Source of the DNA: Candidatus Firestoneibacteriota bacterium
GTDB taxonomy: Bacteria; Oederibacteriota; D2-FULL-39-29; JBBTED01
Length of the DNA stretch: 28,462 nt
Assembly (NCBI GenBank): GCA_038042445.1
Contig: JBBTED010000047.1
Span: 1-28,462 of the forward strand
Reading direction: 5' to 3'
In this document: positions 9,360-19,566 of the stretch, one piece after another
How positions within the stretch are numbered: the stretch's first letter is position 1
How the letters are laid out: every line of letters starts with the position of its first letter
Translations under genes and position numbers: made by a program
The notes under the pieces: model-generated
Seen by the model: the letters and a program-made list of their open reading frames with translations, nothing else
Databases searched by the model: none
Told to the model about the DNA's origin: nothing

Positions 9360-10001
9360 TTATTGAACTATTAATGAACAATTGGAATCACTAACATAAT
9401 CATAATATAATGTAATTTCTTCAATCAGTGCTGGTTTTAAAGACGAAATAAATAAATACACTTTTATTTTTTTATTGTCTTTAAAAAAATCGAACCAGTT
9501 AATTTTTTCGGGTGTTTTTGTTTCAGAATATGGAATTGAAGGCAAATAGAAAATATTGTTTAATGCAAATAATAATTCTGTTTTGTCACTTTTAGGAACT
9601 GGCAATGAATTTGGTCTAAATAAATGTCCACCATTGTCATTCATTTTCATATAAATACTCTCCCAACTAGAAAATGCCTTATTATTAATTGAAGTTTTTA
9701 CATAAATATAACCTTTGGTAATATTACCTTTTTCAAGAATCATCCTTTCTATACTTTTAAAAGTCTTAGGGTCTGAATTTGGAGTCCAACTCTGAAAATT
9801 TTCAACAATAACAAGTTTCTTTAAATCTTTTAATGAAGAATAATCGGGGTATTCGGAGCTTGTTGATATGTTTAATTGTTTTTTATTATCTCTAATGCTA
9901 AATGATAATAAAAAATCCGCACCAATATAACCACCAATCAAAAGCACAACTAAAGAAACACCAAACCAAATTTGTTTATTTGTTATTTCGTTTTCTGACA
10001 T
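9360..10001 (-). CDS. hypothetical protein with N-terminal membrane anchor
   Basis: 213-aa ORF; single hydrophobic helix IWFGVSLVVLLIGGYIG. Confidence 0.7.
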   Translation of the reverse strand: MSENEITNKQIWFGVSLVVLLIGGYIGADFLLSFSIRDNKKQLNISTSSEYPDYSSLKDLKKLVIVENFQSWTPNSDPKTFKSIERMILEKGNITKGYIYVKTSINNKAFSSWESIYMKMNDNGGHLFRPNSLPVPKSDKTELLFALNNIFYLPSIPYSETKTPEKINWFDFFKDNKKIKVYLFISSLKPALIEEITLYYDYVSDSNCSLIVQ

Positions 10002-10003
10002 AA

Positions 10004-10375
10004 TTATTTATTATTGTTTATTTCTTTTATATGACCAAAAACATTATTTTGTAAATATAACAAACTTGGTAATAGCAATGACAGCAAAATTAATTGTAAA
10101 TTAGTAATTTTATTATAAAATCTTTTTATTTTCTCTTTCAAATTTTTGTTATTTAAATGTAAAGCATATTCTACTACTAAAAAAGATGGGATAAGGTTTT
10201 TTGTTATTTTAATAATTGGTTCTTTTATACTAAAATTATACCCTAAGGTTTTAACCAAATTATCAAGTGGGATGAAGAATACTACATTTAATGACTCTAA
10301 AAAAGCATAGTAATTAACTATACTCATTAAAAATATCCAAATTATTAAACACCATCTTATTGTTTTAAATATCAT
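10004..10375 (-). CDS. hypothetical membrane protein
   Basis: 123-aa hydrophobic ORF ending 2 bp before the next gene; TTGACT-17-TAAAAG upstream. Confidence 0.55.
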   Translation of the reverse strand: MIFKTIRWCLIIWIFLMSIVNYYAFLESLNVVFFIPLDNLVKTLGYNFSIKEPIIKITKNLIPSFLVVEYALHLNNKNLKEKIKRFYNKITNLQLILLSLLLPSLLYLQNNVFGHIKEINNNK

Positions 10376-10502
10376 ATACTATAGACTGTTGAATACTTTT
10401 ATCAAAATTACTATAAAAAGTCAAATATTACTTCAGTAGATACATTATTAATCTGATTAAATTGTTCTTGCATAATTGTTTAATTTTTGTAAAAATAAAA
10501 CT

Positions 10503-11276
10503 ATGAATGATGATACTTTAAAAAGACGCAAATTACCGAAAGAATCTGCATTATATCCAAAAATGTCAGATGGAGTATGTCTTGCAATTCGCGAGATAAT
10601 ACAAGAAGCAATTAAAACTGGAAATAATAAAATTTTTATTAGGACTAACCTTAAACGAGGATTACCATTAGAGAATATAAATAAAGTTGCTGGACCATTT
10701 GTTGAAGCATGGGCTTTGGAAAAATTTGAAGAAATATCAGACAAAATTGGTAATAAATATGGTTTGGTTAATGTTGAAGCTGGAAAAAGACTGGATCCTT
10801 TTGATATGATTCTGCAATTTAAATTAAAAAATGTAGATAATTATGTGTCTGCAAATGTTGACTCAAAAGCAACAGCCGAAGATATTTTAACTTCTGGAAA
10901 AAGTCCAAACATTACTTCATTTGCAAGAATAAGAAATGAATATTTAAATGATCCTGACTATATCTTTTTGATTCTGTCGCTAAAACACAAAGTATTTAGT
11001 GAAAAAGCGGATAATGACGGCATTACTAATGGAATAATGCAAGTTACTGCTTATCATGTTTACGATCTTAAATATGTTTCATCAAAAGATTTAAATTATA
11101 ATCCAGCATTAGGGACAGGACAAATGCAGATTAAAGATATTCACTATGTTGAAGAAGAAAGAAAAACAGCAGAACAATTTATAAAAATGATTGATGATAA
11201 ATACATAAAATCAAAAGGTATCAACTTCTGGTTAAAACTTGCTGAAAAATTTAATTGGATAAAACCCAATGAATAA
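10503..11276 (+). CDS. type II restriction endonuclease, HpaI-like
   Basis: TNLKRGLPLENINKVAGP, SGKSPNITSFARIR and YNPALGTGQMQIKDIHYV match my recall of R.HpaI; overlaps an MTase gene; ATG at 10503 chosen as start (ORF track starts at 10476). Confidence 0.8.
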   Translation: MNDDTLKRRKLPKESALYPKMSDGVCLAIREIIQEAIKTGNNKIFIRTNLKRGLPLENINKVAGPFVEAWALEKFEEISDKIGNKYGLVNVEAGKRLDPFDMILQFKLKNVDNYVSANVDSKATAEDILTSGKSPNITSFARIRNEYLNDPDYIFLILSLKHKVFSEKADNDGITNGIMQVTAYHVYDLKYVSSKDLNYNPALGTGQMQIKDIHYVEEERKTAEQFIKMIDDKYIKSKGINFWLKLAEKFNWIKPNE

Positions 11277-12087
11277 TATGGAAAGCAATTATTTTATTAT
11301 AGGAAACGCTATAGAAGAATTAAAAAAACTTCCTACTAAAAGTATCGATTTAATTTGCACTGATCCACCGTATAATTTAGGTAAAGATTACGGAAATAAT
11401 ATTGACTGGAAACAGTGGCACGAATATGAACAATTTACTTTAAATTGGCTGACAGAGAGTAAAAGAATTTTGAAAGATTCAGGCAGTATTTATGTTTTTA
11501 TGGGTGTTAAATTCATCTCTCGATTATTTTTAATGCTTCAAGAACTCGGTTTTTATTTCAATGGTTGGATAATTTGGCACTATACTCAAGGAATGGGACG
11601 AACAAAAGGATTTTCACCAAGACATGAAGATATTTTGTATTTCACAAAATCAGAGGATTTCATTTTTAATATTGATGATTTAAGAATTCCGCAAAAATAT
11701 TTCAGAGAACGAAATAATATGAAAGGCGCTAATCCCGGAGATGTTTGGGAATTTTCCCATGTTCATTACTCTAATCCTGAAAGAGTTGAACACCCAACAC
11801 AAAAACCGGAAGCTTTAATGAAAAGAATAATTTTGGCAAGCAGTAATAAAGATGATGTGGTTTTAGATCCATTTGTTGGAAGTGGAACAACATGCGTTGT
11901 AGCCAATTTTTTAACCAGAAAATGGATTGGTTTTGATATTAACCCAGATTATATAAAAGTGGCAAAGGATAGGGTAAAAAAAGAGATGAACATACTTGAT
12001 TCATTTGATCCTAGAGAGGCACGAACGCCTAAAGATTCAAAAACAAATAATAATAATCAAGCAAGTTTACTGATTGGAACAATATAA
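11269..12087 (+). CDS. beta-class amino DNA methyltransferase, M.HpaI-like
   Basis: DPPYNLGKDYG precedes HPTQKPEAL and DPFVGSGTT; FSPRH, GANP..VWEFSHVHY. Confidence 0.92.
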   Translation: MNNMESNYFIIGNAIEELKKLPTKSIDLICTDPPYNLGKDYGNNIDWKQWHEYEQFTLNWLTESKRILKDSGSIYVFMGVKFISRLFLMLQELGFYFNGWIIWHYTQGMGRTKGFSPRHEDILYFTKSEDFIFNIDDLRIPQKYFRERNNMKGANPGDVWEFSHVHYSNPERVEHPTQKPEALMKRIILASSNKDDVVLDPFVGSGTTCVVANFLTRKWIGFDINPDYIKVAKDRVKKEMNILDSFDPREARTPKDSKTNNNNQASLLIGTI

Positions 12088-12185
12088 TTGTATGGAAATA
12101 AAAAGGGATTTCAATTTAGTCTTTTCAAAAAATTACGATTACAAAAGTATTAATAATTTCCAACTAGTAAAAAAACAGGGAGAGT

Positions 12186-13145
12186 ATGGCTATACCTTTC
12201 GAAACAACTAGTACAATAAGCATAACTTTATTAAGTGTAATAGTACCTTTCTTCATTTTTGCTATAACGCTTTTAGGAAATGCAATCGAAAAAGCAAAGG
12301 AAGAAGAAAGTAAAATAAAGAAGCAGGAACAAGAAAACTTCAATAACCAAATAAAAGATATTGAAAATAAAATCAAAACCTCTAAAGAAACAGGAGATAG
12401 TACCGAACTAGAAAAACAATTAGAAAAATTAAAGAAAAATAGGGAAAAGTCTAATATTCAATTAAAAAATACCCAAAAGAAATATTCCTTACTTAACTTT
12501 AAAAAAAGTGTTGTTTTTCCAGGAAGTTTTTTTATTTTAGCTATTCTGTTTAATGAAAGTGCAAAAATATATATGGAAAGTAGCAAGATAAGTATATCCT
12601 TATGGATACTCGCTGTTGTTGCTATTAGTACAGGTATTTATAGATTATGTCAGTCACTTAGACTTGTGCAAGAAGTAGGAATTACCTCCGAAGAATTTCA
12701 AACCAAAAAGTTTACTCATGCATTTAAAACAGCTCTTATTTCGCATGAAAAAGATAAAGAAGAGGAATTATCAATAGATTTTAAAGATATAATTTTCCCT
12801 TGTACTTGTAATTTAAATCACGAATTGGATATTAAATTTAAAGTATATTTAAAAAAAGGAAAAATAGCAAAAAAAACGGAAGTATGGTTCTATATACCAG
12901 ATGGTTTTGGACTTATTTTTCCTACCGAAAACACAAGTTGGCGACAAAACAATGATTTTGTGATTCCGAATATTAGGACAGTTAAGATAAAACTAGGCAA
13001 TATAAGTATAGGACCTCATACACCAGGCACTCTAAAAGTTACAACACCTAACATAGTGGGTGAATATTCTCTTATGTACAGTTTGATAGCAGAGGGATAT
13101 TCCAGTGAGATATATAAAGATCAAGTAAAAATAATAGTTGCGTAA
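12186..13145 (+). CDS. hypothetical membrane protein (TM, coiled coil, 2 TM, soluble beta-rich C-terminus)
   Basis: 319-aa ORF with GGGAG RBS; hydrophobic and charged segment pattern. Confidence 0.75.
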   Translation: MAIPFETTSTISITLLSVIVPFFIFAITLLGNAIEKAKEEESKIKKQEQENFNNQIKDIENKIKTSKETGDSTELEKQLEKLKKNREKSNIQLKNTQKKYSLLNFKKSVVFPGSFFILAILFNESAKIYMESSKISISLWILAVVAISTGIYRLCQSLRLVQEVGITSEEFQTKKFTHAFKTALISHEKDKEEELSIDFKDIIFPCTCNLNHELDIKFKVYLKKGKIAKKTEVWFYIPDGFGLIFPTENTSWRQNNDFVIPNIRTVKIKLGNISIGPHTPGTLKVTTPNIVGEYSLMYSLIAEGYSSEIYKDQVKIIVA

Positions 13146-13371
13146 TCTACTTTTTTCACTTTTTGTATAGTGAAAGATTAATAACACAAGATGTAGTTAT
13201 TTTGCTTCCAATAAACCTTTTTTGATATAACCTTTAATAAGAGATTGATAGGGAATATTAATCTCATTTGCTTTTTCTTTAATACGAGTTTAAATATACT
13301 CAGGAATACACAAGGAAATAGACCTGCTTGTTGGTTTTAAATCTGCAAACGTTACCTGTCAAAAATCTTTC

Positions 13372-13406
13372 CCCTCTCCCCTTGCAGGAGAGGGTTTTCT
13401 CTTTTT
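13372..13406 (+). terminator. GC-rich hairpin with T-tract (terminator or REP-like)
   Basis: CCCTCTCC-7 nt-GGAGAGGG followed by TTTTCTCTTTTT, between convergent genes. Confidence 0.6.
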
Positions 13407-13418
13407 ACATATTGTTTT

Positions 13419-14516
13419 TTATCCGAGGAATTTTGTGGAGCAGCGGTGAACTGAAAGTAGGATTCCTATTGCGCACATATTGGTTAGAAGCGATGAGCCT
13501 CCATAGCTCATAAATGGTAGGGGAATTCCTGTAACAGGAAGAATGCCCATAGTCATTCCTATGTTTATTATTGTTTGTATTGCTATAAGTGTTGTTATAC
13601 CTATTGCAATTAATACACCTGTCATATCTCTTGCTAAAGTTACTATTTTTATACCTTGAAATATTATAAATAGATATAATAATAGTATTATTAGGACACC
13701 AAAAAATCCGACTTCTTCACCTATAACTGCAAAAATAAAATCAGTATGATGTTCAGGCACAAAATTAAGCTGTACCTGTGTTCCATGCATTAAGCCTTTT
13801 CCAAAAAAACCGCCTGAACCAATTGCTATCTGTGACTGAATAACATTATACCCTGCGCCTCTTGGGTCCATACCCGGATTCAAAAACGTAAGAAGTCTTA
13901 GCTTTTGATATTCCTTAAGCAAAAGCCAGATAAATGGGAATGAAAATGCAAAACCTCCCAGAATATATCCTAAATATTTAAGACGTACTCCTACTATATA
14001 AAGCATACAGAATACTGTTGGTATAAACAAAAGTGCAGTTCCTAAATCCGGCTGTTTAATTATTAATGCCATCGGAATCATAACTATAATAAAAGCAAAA
14101 AATAATCCTGAAACTATTCCTATTTTGCCTTTCTGATCAGTAAAAAATCTTACCAACATTAGTATTATTGATATTTTTGCAATTTCAGAAGATTGAATAG
14201 ATATAGGTCCCAAGCGAAACCACCGCTGAGCTCCTGCAATTCTTCCCCCAAACAAAAAAGTAGCTATTAGCAAAACTAAAGTGAGTATATAAAATATATG
14301 CGATACTTCTATTAATATTTGATAATCTATATTTGCAATTACAAACATTAATATAAGTCCAAAAATTGCCCACATAAACTGCCTGAGATAATATGTTCCA
14401 AAATCAGGATTATAGGCAAAATTATGTGTTGAACTATATATCATAATTATTCCAAATAAAACTAAAATTAAAGTTCCTGCAATTAACAAATAATCAAGGT
14501 CTCTTTGTAGACGCAT
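13419..14516 (-). CDS. rodA: rod shape-determining protein RodA (SEDS family)
   Basis: GAQRW, QPDLGT, GYNVIQSQIAIGSGG, PEHHTDFIF, TGIPLPFMSYGGSS; follows mrdA. Confidence 0.95.
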   Translation of the reverse strand: MRLQRDLDYLLIAGTLILVLFGIIMIYSSTHNFAYNPDFGTYYLRQFMWAIFGLILMFVIANIDYQILIEVSHIFYILTLVLLIATFLFGGRIAGAQRWFRLGPISIQSSEIAKISIILMLVRFFTDQKGKIGIVSGLFFAFIIVMIPMALIIKQPDLGTALLFIPTVFCMLYIVGVRLKYLGYILGGFAFSFPFIWLLLKEYQKLRLLTFLNPGMDPRGAGYNVIQSQIAIGSGGFFGKGLMHGTQVQLNFVPEHHTDFIFAVIGEEVGFFGVLIILLLYLFIIFQGIKIVTLARDMTGVLIAIGITTLIAIQTIINIGMTMGILPVTGIPLPFMSYGGSSLLTNMCAIGILLSVHRCSTKFLG

Positions 14517-14524
14517 AATTTTTT

Positions 14525-16321
14525 TTATGGTTTGTGACCAAAGGGAATGGTGTAACCATCTTTTTTCACCAGACCATAGTCTTCCTTTTTATGTTTTGAA
14601 AAATATTTTTCAAGGATTTGCCTTGCTATAGGAGCAGCAACAGCACTACCTTTTCCACCTTTTTCAACAAAAACTATCACAGAGATTTGTGGATCTTCTA
14701 CAGGACCAAATGCAACAAATGCAGCATGATCTGCCCCATGTGGATTTTGTATTGAAGAAGTCTTGCCTGCAATTTTTACTCCCGGTATTCTTGAGCTATA
14801 ACCTGTTCCATTTTCTACAACAGATAACATAGCTTTTTTTATAATATCAAAAGTATTTTTTTTAATTTCAACATTAATACACGGTTTAATTCCTTTCTCT
14901 TTTGTTATATGTGGCTCATAAGCAATTCCATCATTAGCAATAACATTAACCATCTGCAAAATTTGCATTGGAGTTACAAGTAAATATCCCTGCCCAATTG
15001 CCATATGCATCGTATCACCTGGAAACCAAAATACACCTGTTGTAAATTCCTTCCACTCAGGAGTTGGAACTATTCCTTGTTCTTCTGAACCCAATGCAAA
15101 TCCTGTTGGACTTCCAAAACCAAATAATTTTGCATATTTTGCAATTCTTTCAACTCTTGTTTTTAAACCAAGCTGATAAAGATATACATCACAGGAATCT
15201 TTTATTGCATCATTTAACTCAATAGCTCCATGTCCTTCTTTTTTCCAGCATTTAAATTCCCAGGTATTATATATATATTTACCTTTACATGTCATTTTCG
15301 TATGCTCATCGCACATATTGCTTTCTAAAGCAGCAATTACTGTTATCAATTTAAAAATAGAGCCTGGTGCATAAAGACCTTTTATTGGCCTATTGTACAT
15401 AGGTCTTTCACGATTAGACATAAGCTTCTGCCATTCCACAGAAGATGTCCTTACACTAAACAAATTCGGATTAAAACCAGGTTTGCTTACATACGCTAAT
15501 ATTTCACCATTTTTTGGATTCATCACAATAACTGCACCGGTCTTTTTTGCCATAGCTTCTTCAGCTGTTTTCTGCAATTCAGAATCTATTGTTAAAATAA
15601 TGTTAGAACCTGCTTCTCTATTTTTTTCCTCTAAAATTCCGACTTGTTTTCCTATTGCATTTACAATAATTTTTATCTGCCCATTTTTGCCGCGTAGAAT
15701 ATCATCATATTTTTTTTCAACACCTGTCTGCCCTATTATATCACCTAATGAGTATTTCCCTTCACCATCAAGAATCTGCAATTCATTTACTTCTCCAATA
15801 TATCCTAAAATATGTGCCCCTATTTCTGCATTTGGATAATACCTCTTTGAATCAAGCTGAATAACAATACCTGGTAGTTCAAATTTGGATTCATCAAGTA
15901 TAGATGCAAGCCTTGCATCTATACTATCCACTATTTTAATCGGTTCAAATTGATGATATTTTCCTTTTTCAAGTTTATCTTCTATATCAGAAATATTAAC
16001 CTTAAGTATAGAACTCAATTTATTTAATGTATTATTTTTATCTGTTAAATCCGCAGGTATTATTGATACTGTATATGTAGGCAAATTTTCAACAAGAGGT
16101 ATTCCCTGCCTATCATATATAATTCCACGAAATGCACGTTTTGGAACAATTCTTACACTATTATAAGATGCTAATTCTCCAAAATGTTTTGTTCGAAATA
16201 CCTGCAGATACAAAATTCTTAAAAAAAGTATTGAAAAAATTATAAGTATATAAACTATTATTACTTTTAACCGTTCTGGCAAAAGTTTTAATTCTTTTAT
16301 ATGTATACGTTCAATACCCAT
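14525..16321 (-). CDS. mrdA: penicillin-binding protein 2
   Basis: RGIIYDR, PGSIFK (SxxK), SCD, GKTS; mre operon context. Confidence 0.93.
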   Translation of the reverse strand: MGIERIHIKELKLLPERLKVIIVYILIIFSILFLRILYLQVFRTKHFGELASYNSVRIVPKRAFRGIIYDRQGIPLVENLPTYTVSIIPADLTDKNNTLNKLSSILKVNISDIEDKLEKGKYHQFEPIKIVDSIDARLASILDESKFELPGIVIQLDSKRYYPNAEIGAHILGYIGEVNELQILDGEGKYSLGDIIGQTGVEKKYDDILRGKNGQIKIIVNAIGKQVGILEEKNREAGSNIILTIDSELQKTAEEAMAKKTGAVIVMNPKNGEILAYVSKPGFNPNLFSVRTSSVEWQKLMSNRERPMYNRPIKGLYAPGSIFKLITVIAALESNMCDEHTKMTCKGKYIYNTWEFKCWKKEGHGAIELNDAIKDSCDVYLYQLGLKTRVERIAKYAKLFGFGSPTGFALGSEEQGIVPTPEWKEFTTGVFWFPGDTMHMAIGQGYLLVTPMQILQMVNVIANDGIAYEPHITKEKGIKPCINVEIKKNTFDIIKKAMLSVVENGTGYSSRIPGVKIAGKTSSIQNPHGADHAAFVAFGPVEDPQISVIVFVEKGGKGSAVAAPIARQILEKYFSKHKKEDYGLVKKDGYTIPFGHKP

Positions 16322-16832
16322 ATATGGTTGGCTTAAATCTCTTCCACGGCAATATTTTATCCAGTAAATAAAAAACCGGTAATGTTATAGCTCCATTATA
16401 AATAGCTTCTGGTATTCCAATAGTTAAAAAATTTAATATATTCCTGTTGCTGGAATGAAATACCTTTATAAAAATAGTAATTATCAACCCATAAACAATT
16501 GTAGATATTATTACAATTAAAATCTGATTAAATGGTTTATCTTTATATATTTTCTCTCGTAACACTCCTACAAAATAACCAAGCATTAACATAGACAACA
16601 TATTCAAACCTGCAGGTGATAAAGATAAAGAATCTATTATGCTTCCACAAAAAAAACCCGTAACCATTCCTACCTCTATTCCTTTATTTAATGCCGAATA
16701 TACAACAAATACAAGAAGTAAATCTGGAAATATCCCCCTTATATCTAAAATTTTCTGCAAAACTGTCTGAAAAATTACAATTACACATATAACAGAAGCT
16801 ACCCATAAAAATAACAAAATTTTGTTTAACAT
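16311..16832 (-). CDS. mreD: rod shape-determining protein MreD
   Basis: Hydrophobic protein; PDLLLV, GFFCG.IID; lies between mreC and mrdA. Confidence 0.88.
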   Translation of the reverse strand: MLNKILLFLWVASVICVIVIFQTVLQKILDIRGIFPDLLLVFVVYSALNKGIEVGMVTGFFCGSIIDSLSLSPAGLNMLSMLMLGYFVGVLREKIYKDKPFNQILIVIISTIVYGLIITIFIKVFHSSNRNILNFLTIGIPEAIYNGAITLPVFYLLDKILPWKRFKPTIYGY

Positions 16833-16834
16833 AT

Positions 16835-17641
16835 TTATTCTATCTTTACAAAAACTTCTTCAAGCTTTGAAAAATCTGCAAAAAGTTGGACATCCACTTT
16901 TAATGTAATTCCATCTTTTTTCTTTTCTACATTTGATACAATTCCTATTGGAATTCCTTTAGGGAAAATTTCTCCTTCACCTGATGAAACTATTGTATCC
17001 CCAATTTGCACATCATCATTTTGTGCCAAATATTTTATTTCACACATATTTTTTCCTGCACCAACCAACGAACCGATACATCTGGAACGTTGAACTATTG
17101 CACTCACACTGCTTTCTGCATCTGTTATTAATATTGTTTTCGCTGAATTGGAAGTTACACTTAGGACTCTACCAATTAATCCCTTATCGTTTACAACAAT
17201 CATATTTTTTGAAATATTATCTTTATATCCCCTGTCTATTATTATTGATTTAAAAAGATTTGCAGGGTCATATCCTATGACAAAAGCCCCTATCTGTTTT
17301 TTTGATATATATGGTTTAAAATTTAATAAATTACGCAGTCTGCCATTTTCATTTAAAAGTTCTTCATATTGAATATTTGTTTTATTAAGTAAACTAACCT
17401 GAGTACGCAATAATTTATTTTCTTCATGTAAATTTTTAAGCATCAAAATGGAATTTATTGAATTAGAAATCTTAAATTTTATTTTACTCGATAATTTATA
17501 AAAAGGAGATGTAAAACTTAGAAATATTGTATTAGAAGAAGTATTAAAAAATGGGTGTAGGAATAAAATTGATACACTTAAAACAACTAATACTCCAAGA
17601 ATTATTTTACGCCTGTGTTTCCATAGAAAATGCTGCCACAT
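16835..17641 (-). CDS. mreC: rod shape-determining protein MreC
   Basis: N-terminal TM, ENGRLRNLL coiled coil, GLIGRV, SSG...FPKGIPIG. Confidence 0.93.
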   Translation of the reverse strand: MWQHFLWKHRRKIILGVLVVLSVSILFLHPFFNTSSNTIFLSFTSPFYKLSSKIKFKISNSINSILMLKNLHEENKLLRTQVSLLNKTNIQYEELLNENGRLRNLLNFKPYISKKQIGAFVIGYDPANLFKSIIIDRGYKDNISKNMIVVNDKGLIGRVLSVTSNSAKTILITDAESSVSAIVQRSRCIGSLVGAGKNMCEIKYLAQNDDVQIGDTIVSSGEGEIFPKGIPIGIVSNVEKKKDGITLKVDVQLFADFSKLEEVFVKIE

Positions 17642-17650
17642 AAGAAAAGA

Positions 17651-18712
<1,062 letters not shown>

Positions 18713-18728
18713 TTAAACTTATAGAATA

Positions 18729-18757
18729 ATTCTACTTTTTTAACTATAACTTGTCAA
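18729..18757 (-). promoter_or_regulatory. sigma70 promoter of the mre operon
   Basis: Minus strand TTGACA(18757-18752)-17 bp-TAGAAT(18734-18729). Confidence 0.75.
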
Positions 18758-18805
18758 TAGCAGTGTAAAAATAAATAAAATTCAATCAATTTTTCTGTGT
18801 TTTTT

Positions 18806-19174
18806 TCACTTTATGAAAATTACTCCATCTAAATTTTTAAAATGTGGATCAGAAGTAACAACAGAACATTTTGTATTTATACCTGTAGCATATACTATTG
18901 CATCAGCCATTGGCAATGAATATCGCAAACTCACCTCTACAGCAGAAAGTGCAATTTCAGTATTTAATTCAATTACTTTTGTTTTCATTATTTGGCCTAT
19001 AATTAACAGTGCTTTTTCTTCTCCACCTGCTACTTTTATCTTTTTATACACCTCATAAACTACAATAGTAGGTGTAATAATTTTTGCAAGGTCAGAAAAA
19101 TACTTTTCATATTTATCTGTAAGAGGACCATTTGATAAATATTCTATCCAACCAAAAGAATCAACAACAATCAT
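18806..19174 (-). CDS. vapC: VapC PIN-domain toxin
   Basis: VVDSFGWIEY, YEV, MADAIVYAT, TSDPHF acidic PIN residues. Confidence 0.92.
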   Translation of the reverse strand: MIVVDSFGWIEYLSNGPLTDKYEKYFSDLAKIITPTIVVYEVYKKIKVAGGEEKALLIIGQIMKTKVIELNTEIALSAVEVSLRYSLPMADAIVYATGINTKCSVVTSDPHFKNLDGVIFIK

Positions 19175-19377
19175 ACTCTCTCACTTTCTTCTCTTAATCC
19201 TTTTATATTTAATCCACTTATAAACCCTTTCATTTCTTTTAATGCCCTATCAGGAATATAAATAATCATTCCTTCCTTAGTAATAACCTGAAATTTTTGT
19301 TTGCCTTGTAAACTAAGTTCTTTACGTAAAATTTTTGGTACTAACAATTGATATTTGGGAGACAATACAACTTCCAT
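19171..19377 (-). CDS. AbrB/MazE-like antitoxin (VapB)
   Basis: LSPKYQLLVPK.LRKEL; ATGA overlap with vapC; AAGGAGG RBS. Confidence 0.85.
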   Translation of the reverse strand: MEVVLSPKYQLLVPKILRKELSLQGKQKFQVITKEGMIIYIPDRALKEMKGFISGLNIKGLREESERV

Positions 19378-19434
19378 TTTAATTTACACCTCCTTACTAT
19401 TTATTCATATATATAAATATTTATCTGATTAATC

Positions 19435-19494
19435 TATCGATACCATTTTATACCATATCGATAATTAAAATGTCAACCATTTTATTTATCGATA
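19435..19494. promoter_or_regulatory. three TATCGATA palindromes overlapping the vapB promoter
   Basis: TATCGATA at 19435, 19456 and 19487; minus-strand TTGACA at 19476-19471. Confidence 0.6.
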
Positions 19495-19566
19495 TCATAC
19501 TCTTTTCATCATAATGCTTAAGTTTTTATTTACAAACAACGTATTATCATTTAGAATTAAAAAACT

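Noticed and set aside
13340..13362. AATCTGCAAACGTTACCTGTCAA as an attC right end
   Set aside because: No complementary left end found and no gene follows on that strand.
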